DNA from: Trichoplax adhaerens
Taxonomy: Eukaryota; Animalia; Placozoa
Direction: 5' to 3'
Length of the DNA stretch: 64,000 nucleotides
Assembly: GCF_000150275.1 (NCBI RefSeq)
Contig: NW_002060955.1
Coordinates: 350,886-414,885 of the forward strand
Shown in pieces: positions 24,882-36,743 of the stretch; the stretch's first letter is position 1; each line of letters begins with the position of its first letter. Below the pieces are notes generated by a model. That model was given only the letters and a program-made list of their open reading frames with translations. It was not told where the DNA came from and ran no database searches. A program made the translations under genes and the position numbers.

Positions 24882-27326
24882 GGACAAGAAGTAGAATTGC
24901 CTTTCTTATACTCGTTTCTGGACTGATATCATCGGTATCATGGTTATTCCATTCGTTTTTATCTTATAGGCAATTTGGGGGATCAATCGTATAAAATAAA
25001 ATGGATGGAACTATTCAGTAGTCACTACTTTAGCTGCATGGAGTGTATCTTGTGCCTTGTTGAAGTTTTTTTCTGATTTTGGACCTTTTCTAACCAACGG
25101 AAGAAGTAGGCGTGATGGAGCGATGATGACTATTTTGTATTGATGCTCATGGATAGAATTTACTGTTGATTACCATCGCTATCGATTCAAGATCGATTTT
25201 AGAAGCGAATTAGAAATCATCAGGTCGTTGGCTAACTCAGTACACTTGCCCTCCACTACCGCATAGAAATAGTATGAAAAAGGGGGAAAAGTCAAAGTGC
25301 TGCCTTACCTCTAAAATTCGGCTGCTATTGCTCTCCAAGACTGGACTAATTCAATGCCAAGGCAACTTTCGGTAAAACTACAAGAATGACAAAAATGGAC
25401 GGAATATCCACGGCTTTATCCTCCTTATAGTACGGAAGTGTGACCTAATTTCAATGCTATAGGCTTAGTATCTATACTATTATGATAATCTACTCGATTT
25501 CTCACTGGGCACCTACCTCGATGTAAACTATAGTTGAAAGAAATTAACGTGCAAATATTGACTAAAGGCTTACAATGGCATGATCTCGCTATTGATGATG
25601 GCTTGAATGATTTGCATGCACAGCAGGCTTCCCGCTGTTTGCATGATTTAGATCATCTAGTGTTCAGAGCAGTAGTCTTGTCAAGACGATGATGACCATG
25701 GAATGGCGACAGAATGGATTATTGTAGACGAATATAGAACATAAAGACAGCCCAAGTAAGTAGTATACATGTAGTCAAGAAAAGTTATTGTATTCCTATG
25801 CAAATCAGATTCTTTCTTCCTTTCCAGAGGAAGGAGAAGCCATTGGTTGCCAGCGGATTTGTTGATTGATTGCTGAATGTTCATACTGCCAAAGTTATGT
25901 AATTCATGACTAGTGTCTAGTGGTGCCACACTGACAAGAGAGCCATAGATTGAGATTGGGTAAAGTGATGGCTAAACATGGATCGATATTGCTCCATTTC
26001 TGCTCCCAAAAAAGGAAAAAGTGTAAAAATGCTGCTTCTAGTAAAATAGAAGATCAAAATAAAGAACTGCAATATCAATCAATCTGCAGAGTTATGGGTC
26101 CAATTTGACAATCTTTGCGTAAAGATGCCATTCCGTTAACCACCATGATGGCAATCATAGTCATGATGATACTCCAAAAAGACTCATCATGCTATCATAC
26201 AGTGTCTATTTCCAGTCGTTGAGCATGAAACAGATTATTCCAAGTTTCTGTACGCTTCAATAATTTGATTTTGAATATCGCCAAATAGTAAAAGCAATGG
26301 ACGAGTATGTCAAAGTTTCATGCATGCATTATACATGTACAATATACAATAGTACAAAATACTCTGTTGACTATAAGCCCTTGTTGATGTTGCTACATGC
26401 AAAAAGTGGAGTTAGCAATGATATTATCATGCACTGTACATGAATAATATAGAATTAATAAACGTACACCAACGACTATCGTTTATATTACTATACCAGA
26501 TTTTGCAGAACTGTCGTGAGTCAGTGTTCAAATCGCCTGGATCGGATCATCAAATATCAACATGAACTAGACCTTACATGTATATACATGCGCTACTAAA
26601 GAGAGAGAAATAACGACTGCTCATCTCTTTGCATAAAAATACAGAGGCTGAGATCCTTTGACTGATCTTTTCATTCAAATCATACAATACTAGACAGATT
26701 TCTAATGTAGTCAATTTCTGAAGTACAAATTTTATTGAACAAGGTGTAGTAATGGCGTTATGATTGCCATCGTTGCATGACTACAATCTTCCATTTTGTA
26801 AGTAATGCACAAGCCTGGAACACAATGTATTGAGTTTAAAAATGAAAATTCAGTAGGCAATGGAAAAGTCCTTATCATTTCCTGAATATGATGTTAAATT
26901 TACAAAATGGACTACGTTTCTGTGGGTGTACCGAAGGAACACTTTACATTGCAATTCTCAACTTTACAGTCATCAAATACAGGTGTAGCAATCGCGCAAG
27001 CAATGTGCCATGGGTAGCAGTGATATGAAAAAGTATCACAGAGTTACAACACTATTACAGTGTTATCGTGGAGAAAATGCATCATCAACTCATCCGTAGC
27101 ACAGACATCCAACCCACTCAATACTAGCTACAATTTTACATGAGTAGATTGGATATGGAATAGATTCTTGAACTAGAGCTATTCAATTAACAAAGTATAA
27201 TATTGATACAAATCGTTATAATACAAGACCTAGCAACATAAATAAATCAGCTAGTACAATACTGTAGTACGACATGTCAAATGCCAAGTTTGACGCATAA
27301 AATGGCATAACAGGAACAACTAAACA

Positions 27327-29351
27327 TCACTTTTTCGTAGATCCAAAACCACTAAATCCCATCATTGCTGCCATTTCAGGATCTATATCGCCACCTTCAT
27401 CATCACTATTATTACTTGGACGCATCTTCTTTTCTTTCCTTCTCTCTTTTTTAGTAGCTTTCATTTTTTCCTCCTAGAGAGGAAGGTAATGACGTGCACG
27501 ATGTTAATAAAACCTACTATTTACTTCATTATTAGAGAGAATCGATCGTCATCAACAACCATACCTCTTCCTTTAATTCCTGTATTCGAGCTTCAAAATC
27601 TAATAATTCCATCAAGGTTTACACATTTGTATGTAGTCAACTGTATATCCAAGCTTTTAATAACGTACACTAAATTACGATCACTCATAAAAGCAATTAC
27701 TCTAATTTGCTCGTATGGTATCACCTATGCGAAATAGGAGAGTATCATATAGCACTTTCAAATTGATCAAGCAAGGATACCATAAGTTTTTTTTACTTCA
27801 AGTTTCTTTCTCTTGTTTGATGCAAATCTATTCTTGACATCTTCAAGGGATGATCTTTCAATGCGCATTGACATACCCAAATTTCTTTGATCTGAAAAAT
27901 ATCCCATGCAACTTTAAAGCTCATTCAAATCGATCGATTTTTCTATGAAGATGGAGCTGATACAACATTACAACAACATCATTAGCGATGTACAATCCGT
28001 AATCATGAACAGCAAGCCAAACTCACGTTTTTTGCCATTGATATGATCGAGAAAATTCATAGAATCTTTAATAACACAGTCGCAAACATTACAGTAATAC
28101 CTAAAAGTGAAAAGACACATGCCAAGCAGTTATCACTTCAAAATTAATAAACGACGATCTGCATTAGATATCAATAAAAAGCTGTGAAAAAGACCTTACC
28201 CTCCAGATAGAGATGACGGTGTTGTCTTTGTTATCACTATCGACTTGCCGACCTTAGAATCTAAATCAACCTATGTAAGCATTGTATTGCATTATAAATA
28301 CTACGTTGATCACTTGCTGATTGTAATGACTCCACTACCGTAGTAAGATCTATGCTTAGCAATCAGTACATTGAATCCATGTTACTAACTTCATAATCGC
28401 GTTCCTTTAATAATTCTCGCTTGACAGGAATAGATGATTTATCATCTAAAAGCCAATCAATTTTTACGTCGATTAGGTTCAACTTTTAACCTATTGTTCC
28501 TCCCAAAATCTGATACTTTAGCAACAATGATCTATCGAAGGCATTAATTTAAACAAATTGACGAGCTCTTACTACGATAAACTGACATAACATGCTTGAA
28601 ACTAAAAGTAACTCAGGGACTACTGCTGGCATTGCAGCTCAATTTCTCGATACAAGAGCCATCATAGCAAGTAAAGTAGACCCAGAATTGATGTACGTAT
28701 ATCTTAGGTCCTTTCAACTTTATAAGCAGGGTGCTACAAAAGATAACGCTGCAAATAAGCCTATAGATTTGTAGTTGTCGAGTGGAGTAGACCTAGTAGT
28801 CATCAACAGTTCAATTTTCAACTCTGTTCTAATGACTATTTGTTCTTGGCAAGCTAGCACTATATTACTTTCTATCAATCCTTTCCTATCTTTAGGTTAT
28901 AAACTATGTGTATCAATACTGTTGACAATTTGTCAATAGTATACCCAGACGAACCAATGATGCTTACGTTTATCATCCTTGTCGTAGCCATCAGCTCTTT
29001 CTTTTGCAAGCTTTTCAAACTTATCAACATCCCATTTTCGTCTATGATCGTCTATCTTCTACATGATACATATCCAAATTGTCAAGAAAATGGTTACTTA
29101 TACAGCAATAAGAATGAGTAGTCTATCATTACTCTATGATGGATTATAAATCATGCTACAGTAACCCTATCAAATCGTCCATAAAGGCAATTTGCTCTCT
29201 GTGCTAGAACCGTCATGCTTCTTCTACCATGAACAAGTTCCTTGCTAACATACCGTCAATATCCAACTAAGTAGCACTATCCATGATCATAATACTGCCA
29301 TTCACTTCTAGATTGTATCAATAAACTTACACCCTTATTACTGGACGACAT
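27327..29351 (-). CDS. ZMAT2: Zinc finger matrin-type protein 2 (Snu23 homolog, spliceosomal B complex), 8 exons
   Basis: Spliced translation: MSSSNKG|[21 protein letters not shown]..|..[13 protein letters not shown]|[24 protein letters not shown]|[25 protein letters not shown]|[23 protein letters not shown]|[12 protein letters not shown]|..[15 protein letters not shown]. It closely matches the conserved ZMAT2 motifs. Confidence 0.96.
27600..27780 (-). other. Candidate U12-type (minor spliceosome) GT-AG intron in ZMAT2
   Basis: The donor is GTATCCTTG (U12 consensus RTATCCTTT). The 3' end reads ..aaCCTTGATggaattattAG, with a CCTTRAY branch motif 12 nt from the 3' splice site and no polypyrimidine tract. 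Confidence 0.7.
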
Positions 29352-30377
29352 TTTACTGCTAATGGCCAAGGATTGACTATTCAATTGGTTATATCTCTCA
29401 CAGCTTTAGCAAAAGGTAAATTGCAATTGGAAGATTTTCCAAGGCAACCGTTCAACTACAGTACAATCACACAGTACAGCCTTCAGATTGACGGTACTTT
29501 TCACTGTGCTAATGCGCTAGCACTTACTTTCTACTGTAGCAAAATGGATGATTCTAAGGTAGTTATGGCATAAAATGAAATTTTACTTGAATAAATCGAA
29601 TAATTAGTTCATCTACGACACACTGGTAAAAGATGGATAGATCTTTTTATTATTTAGAGCTTCCTGGAAACGATTTTGGCCATGTGAAAAGTAACAACTC
29701 ATATCGACAAACGTCGATCGTCCTACTCGCAGTATAGTGTACCGTTAGAGACGCGTAGTATAGTTGAAATGACTAACGAAACAGTGGGTGCGTATCTACT
29801 GTATAGAACGACTATTTCCGTCCACTCTGTCTGTCGGAATCAAATGGAGTACTGGACTACGCATGTTGCAGACATAGCGAGAATTTTATATGGTGGGCAT
29901 ACTCAAAGTTTTTAAGTTTTTATACACGATTGGTAGCGTACAATCAGCGACTGCTAAAGGAAAGAGACGGGACAGGAAACGACCACAGTGTAAAATAAGG
30001 TGGAAGCGGACCATTTATTCGCTCATTCTGCTCTATACTACCGATGAAACTGAGCTGGTAGTTCATTTGGACGCCTTTCGCAGACAGTATAGTGTACCGT
30101 TACAGATATGCAATATACTTGAAATGACCAGTTAAATAATCAGTCTCCACGTTATTAGTATAGAGAACAACCGTTTTCGGGTGTCTCTTGTTCCCAGACA
30201 CAGTACAGTACTGACTGTACTGTGAGTGTACACTGTACACTGTACACTGTAGTAGACAGCCCCTTTCCCATACAGACATAGCGGACAGAACGACCTATCG
30301 GACCGATTTCCACGCGCAGACTCGAAGCAATCAAAGACCGCAGGAATCAGTCGACGCAATCAAAAAGCAAATCCAAA
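29352..30377. promoter_or_regulatory. Putative bidirectional promoter between ZMAT2 and FAM114A
   Basis: Head-to-head start codons lie ~1 kb apart in locally GC/CpG-richer sequence. The region has a duplicated cagtatagtgtaccgtta.aga...ttgaaatgac block (~29730 and ~30085) and ACAGT/ACTGT runs near 29457 and 30199-30250. Confidence 0.6.
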
Positions 30378-33300
30378 ATGTCTTCGGCAAGCGATAGCGA
30401 AGACCAAGATTTTGAAAGTGCTGACGAAGGTGAAGAAACCCACCGCCAACAATGCCATGAGGATGGCCCAAATAAAGCAGAAGAGACATCAAAAACAAGT
30501 CTGGTCGATATTACTTCAATGCCACAAGATACTGATGGAAAGACGAGCGAAGAAGAGAATCCATCTGAACTTCTTTCTGACCAAGGAAAGGAGGACAATA
30601 ACAATAGCAAAGAAGAGACGGAAACTGATCAAAAATGCCAACCAATCACTGAAATTATACAAGGATCACAAGCACAGCAACAATCACATGAAACAAGTGA
30701 AACAACTGAGGAAACAGAAACACAACAAGAATTGCATGAAACAACTTGTGATACAAAAAGTTCAACAGAACCAGCCAAGCAAGTAGAAACACCGTCGACG
30801 CCTGAAAAAATCATCCAGGATCAAAATAGCCAAGAGAAGGCACAAAATGATGAGCTAGAGGTGGTTAACGAGCCTATCGAGAAGAAGGATCCTATAGATA
30901 GATCGGATATACACGATACCAAGCAAAATAGGACTAATGATGAAATGCAAGACAAGCAGAAAAGTCCTCAAGCCAACGAGGTTTGCTTTCTTAAATGAAA
31001 TACATCTTTATTGTACAGTAGTTTAGTTAATCAATTACAATGAACTCTTCAACGCTGATGCTTAATGAAGCATAATGTGCAAACAATTACTGTATACCGT
31101 ACTCGATATGACATGGAAAATTAAAGTCTCATCATATTTAATTATACGAGTAGTTTCCCCTTGGATTTGAACCACTTTAACAATCGGCTCAAAGATCGAC
31201 ATGTTGCCTTTGGTATCAATACTAATGATCTTAATTTGCTATTGTATCATCCAAGTCGATTGTGAAGGCGATAATGAGATACCTATGAATTATTAGGGTT
31301 TTCCGCACTGGATTACTACCAACTATGCGACTTTAACGAAACAAATATCAGAACAGATTTAGTTTCAATTAGATATCATTACTATACCTATACCTATTAT
31401 TGTGGATGAATGAATTAATTATGCAGTATATTATAATATATGCACAAGTATATATATATATATATACAGTAGATATTGTTAGTGTGTTGTACTAGGTTAC
31501 GATCTTAGACGAATAAGCATGCAGTTCTTAGATTGCAGAATGGCATATCATATATCCACGTTATTATACTCAAATTGACTTGACTGTTCTTCACCTATAA
31601 AATTATTGATAATACGCTATTCCATTTTAGCCTCAGCAATCGCAGAAGAGTGGATGGGGTTGGGGATTTTCTTCCTGGATTTCTTCTGCTTCTGATACCG
31701 TCGCCAAGATATCACAACAAGCACACACTATAGGTAACCAATTTTATTAATTGCTCTTTTTTAAAGTTCGGATAAGACTCAACAAACAGATGATAAGTTA
31801 CAATGCTGTCTGTATACCGTCTTTCATTAACTGATAGTTCACTTTAAATCTGTATGCAAAGTTGGTTCAAAATCTTCCGATATATACAAAAATTGATCTA
31901 TTATAAGTACTGTTCCCATAGCATCAGGCATCAGTTTGGTAGTAGCTTGATATAAATAGGGTACATGACAATTGTATCTAATATAGCGGATTACTTTATG
32001 CACGTTAAAACTTACTAATGCTACCACTTGTTTTTAACTGTAACTTATAACAAAAATATACAAGCTTAATTATACAATGTTTGTGCCATTGAATTCTGCT
32101 TTACCCATGCTTGGCCATTATAGTGAAAGGAGTTTTAGTCAGTGCTTAAAAGCGCTATAAATTGTACCATCTTGGTGAAGGCAGTATCCAATACTTACTA
32201 ATGCAACCAACTGGTTTCAGCTGTAACATAGTATAAAAATAGACAAGCTTGACTGCACAACATTTGTGCCATTAGCTTCTGGTGTTTCCACGTATTCCTC
32301 TTACAGTAAAGTAGCTTTAATCAATTCTTTAAAGCACTATAAATTGCACTACCTATGTAAAGCCATGACATTGACTTAATTACTTCGACTTTTAAGTCTA
32401 CTTGAAGATTGCTTTGTTCAAACACGCATAATATAATTTTAAAAAATTCTTGACATTAAAATCGTAACCTTAATTTCTAACTGATAGTTATCGTACTTCA
32501 AAATTAGGTCACACAGTTTTAGACACAGTGGAATCATCGTTAGGTGTACCAGATCCTGAGAACCTTGCAGAGCAGAATCAATTGAACAAAAAGGATGAAG
32601 GTTGCTTATAGAAATTAAATCGGCCTAATGTAGTAGGCCACAATGCAATAGTACTCGATTATCTAGCAAAATCCATCACTTAATCGAAGGCTATCAAAAT
32701 ATATATAGAAGTACCAGATAACCCGGACCAATCTAAAGATACAGATGAATCAAAAGATTTTCTTTTTTCCGGAGCTACAGCATTATCAACCATGGTAAAT
32801 CCTAATAGCAAAACATTGACTTCATTATTAAATGGTTATATTAATGTAGCTGTTTGTCATGTAGGGTAAGCAACTAGTTGCAACCGGAATGGAAACATTC
32901 GAAAAAATCGGTAAAAAAACCGCCAGCGTGATAACAGAACAAGAAGCAGGTAATCTGAGAAAGTTAATAACAAATTCAATACTTCCATCCAACTAAATCG
33001 AGCCCTATAGTATAATACCATTACATAGCTTATGGTTTATTTACTATAGACACAATATTCTGCATTGCTCAAAATTAGCTCAATTATATCTGTTTGTTAG
33101 GTATAACTATCAACAATACCCAACCAAAATTATCTGATGTACGTATCAATACATTCGTTTACCTTCATTATTAGTACTTTAATTTTTATCCTATTTCTGC
33201 GTGATAACCGTTTTAATTTGATAAATTAAACTTTCATACATACTGTAGTTATTAAGAGAAGCGCGGGAAAAGAATCCTGAAGTTCAACCGAAAGAGGTTA

Positions 33301-35206
33301 ATGTTGACTTTAATTATGCAACATTATAGATATCATTTCGTAGCCTCAACTCTATCAAACTTACATTCTGGTACACTCTATACTTTTTACTAAATTGATG
33401 AACGTATCGACTCTGTTCATACTTATACTGTATTGTAGTTTCATTAATTTTTGTAGATACAACAGTATTAATATTTCGCTAAATGTGGAATACTTTGTGC
33501 TATAAATAGATTAAATTTGAAGTTTATTACAGATACGTTTTCTATACTTAAGTAACTTAATATTTGTAATCATGTTGTAATCTTTGAGTATGGTCTTTAT
33601 GCGGTCTGTTATCAGTCTGACCTCTATGTTATGAAATGTTTATTCGTATCATCATGTTACACTATATTATACACTTATGAATGATATGAAATAATATCAA
33701 TTAGACTCAAACGGAATTAATTACATCGAAACCTGAACCGGAGCATTTCAATTACAACAATTTGCTGGAAGAATTTCAGGGTGAATAGAGTAAACTATGT
33801 TGACTAATGATTATAATACTTCTGCAAAGAAATAATCTTTACATAACTATAACAAATTAGCCTAAAATATGTAACTACATAAATTTATTTACATTTTTAA
33901 TTATAATTATTATGTTGCAGGTCATGCCCATCTAGAAGCACTTGAAATCCTTTCAAATGAGAGCGAATTTAAAGTAAATATCTTACAGCACAGTATTACG
34001 TTTCTACAGTTATTCTTGAATAATAACAAAAACAATCCATTTAAACTTATTACTTTTCTAAACATTAGACTCAATCACTATTAAAGACCCGTTCAGAGGA
34101 ATTGCTCTATGATAGCATGGAAAAAGTAAAAGAATCTTTTTCTTCCGAAATGCCACCAGGTTCGTATGCGTTTGGATAACCACATCAGCTTGCAATTCTG
34201 TCCGACATGAAATACCTGTGCATCGTTTTAAAATTAAGTATTTATCAAAAACATAGGGAATGATCAAGATTTTATGAAAGTTCTAGCAGAGCTCCTGAAG
34301 GAACTTAATTTAGAAGGGATGGAACAAAGAATTGAAGAGGTTTGACTTTGGCTACCTCTCGTATTACCGTACCTTTAGTGGCTGTTATTAGATTAAATCT
34401 TAATGAAGATCGTTGTTTATTTACTAGGTGTATAATGATGCACATTCATGGATAAAAAATTGTGAACAAAGTAGCAATGATGAAAGTAATTGTAGTTCTC
34501 TAGTAAGTATGGATATTAAAGTAGCATTAACTGCGCAAATCAAATACTGAAATATTTGTTTGGCGTAGGAAGTGCATACGGTAGCAATAAAAACTTTGGC
34601 TCATATGACTGCCGAGTGTATAAACTTATTTCATAAAGGCGCAGAATGTCTGCTTCTTACCAATAAGGAAGTCAAGAGAGACGCCTCCAGAACCGGAATT
34701 AGTTTATCGAAGTAAGCTATTGCTATAATGTAGACATGTGACAGGTTTATCATCAACAGCAGATTAAACTTAGTTACTCTGATTGTGCATATATTACAGA
34801 ATGGCAGCCATTATGAATGAGGAGCTATCAAATATAGCAAATCTTTATGCACATTGTATAAATAACAAAGTAAGTAGCAACGTGATAATAACAGCCACAC
34901 TATGAAAATTAAATTTAGTTGTGTACGCTACAGTATAGTCTCTGCAATAACATAGTAAAAATATGATATTCATGTTATAGACTGAAGGTGACTCCGATGG
35001 TGACCAACGTCAAATAACGAATATATACTTGGAGGTCAGACACACTCGTCCATTTTCTTTAAAAAAATGGTATATAAGTAATATTCTTGATTGTCTTTTA
35101 TTCTTTCTTATAATTATAGGCGGGAAATAGTTGCTCCTACGTTAGCGATGCATTAAATTCTATGGTATCAGTTGTTCAGTTTGTGGTATTGCAATCCCTG
35201 ATTTAA
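30378..35206 (+). CDS. FAM114A: FAM114A (Noxp20 family) protein, ~17 exons
   Basis: Acidic first exon 30378-30980, followed by exons encoding SGWGWGFSSWISSAS, VLDTVESSLGVPDPENLA, GKQLVATGMETFEKIGKKT, LSDLLREAREK, LLEEFQGHAHLEALEILSNESE and ITNIYLEAGNSCSYVSDA. These are conserved FAM114A1/A2 blocks. Stop TAA at 35204-35206. Confidence 0.88.
31449..31466. repeat. (TA)9 microsatellite in FAM114A intron 1
   Basis: Read directly from the sequence. Confidence 0.9.
32008..32351. repeat. Diverged ~183-bp tandem duplication in FAM114A intron 2
   Basis: acttactaatgc...ctgtaac...aaaaata.acaagctt...tttgtgccatt...aaagc.ctataaattg occurs at ~32010 and ~32193. Confidence 0.8.
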
Positions 35207-36743
35207 ATGCAGGATCTATTATGGTTGCATAACAGATTCGATGTACTAGAACTAGTAAATATTGTATTGGTCATCTCATAATACAGTACATATACGAGTA
35301 CAATATAAATTTAAAATTTTGAATATATCAACTACAGCTCTTATTTGATTTATCTATCGAATCGAAGAATTGAGCTGCTCAAAGAATAGTGATTTGATCC
35401 TGTAATGTCGTTACGGAAGATTACAGCAACAATGACAGAAATATAATTCTATCAAAAATTCAGCATATTATAAGATTACAATTACAATTTATGTGATTGT
35501 CTATCAATAATTAAATTTGAATAAATAGTAAATCATCGTTTATATCGCAATTCAACAGTTCTTGATAATCAACTGAACAAATTTACAAGTATGCGTTGGT
35601 TGTCTATCTCAACTGAACAAACGTAAGATGTTTCTACTCTTTTATATTGATTCATTAATGGGAATACAAATTTAAATGCTATGCCAATAAATCATGTACA
35701 TCCAATGTGCATAGATTTACTGATGATTATATTATCCGGTACTGTTCGGTATACTCATATAGTAATTCGCAGATACCATAAACAGTAAACTGGCAGTACA
35801 ACTGTAATGCTATAAGGTCTATAAATAACATATCCCTGAAATGTTTTCAAAAGCAGAAATTTATAGAATTGCAGTAATGAAATTATAATACAGGCATCCT
35901 TTGATTTCTCGTTAATCGATCAGGGGTATTATGCATCACTAGCTGTAGCCCAGCAATAGCAACCGCCCAAAACTACAATTATAATCTTGTATGAGTAAGA
36001 TCTTGCATTATATTACTCAGTAAATCCTATAAATAATGTAACGAAAATAGACCAATGTTAGTGTCAAGAATAAAAGTGCACAATAAATCAGCCAATAAGA
36101 AAGCCAGTTGCGGTACTAGCGTAGCATAGTATGAGTCTGTAATTTCTCGCTTAAGCTAAAGCCAATTGATAAATGCAACATTTTATAAAGCAGAGTAGTT
36201 TCATTTTATCTTTCATTAATTGAATATTGTACAATGAGATAATTGCCATCAGCATGTTATGCATATAGCACAATTAGCTAGCATCTTAAACAAGTCTATG
36301 ATTGCCCATACGTCCGGACCGAATTGTCAATAGCAAGCGCTCAGTTATAAAATATAAACATACAGTACATACGTATACCATTCGAAATTAAGGATGGATA
36401 AACATCCATGCTGACTTATTATAGTAGTCTATGCCATACGTATGTATACCTTAGATAAGTTTATACACAATATAAAATCTGGAAAGTTATGATTACTGCA
36501 CAATGTATGCAGATTTCATTTGCAGTTATAAATTGTCGAATAGTATTTTTTATGAAAAAGCACTACCATATTACCGTACTTGTAGATATGGCTGTATTTT
36601 GGCTAATATTACAGTAGGATGCAATTAAGACTAATTATTTACTATAAATTAGGCTGGATAACTTTGTATTAGCAACGGCTGTCGCTAATCGCATGAGTTA
36701 AGTAATAATTATCAACAATTTTATAGCAATCTATGAAGCAGCC

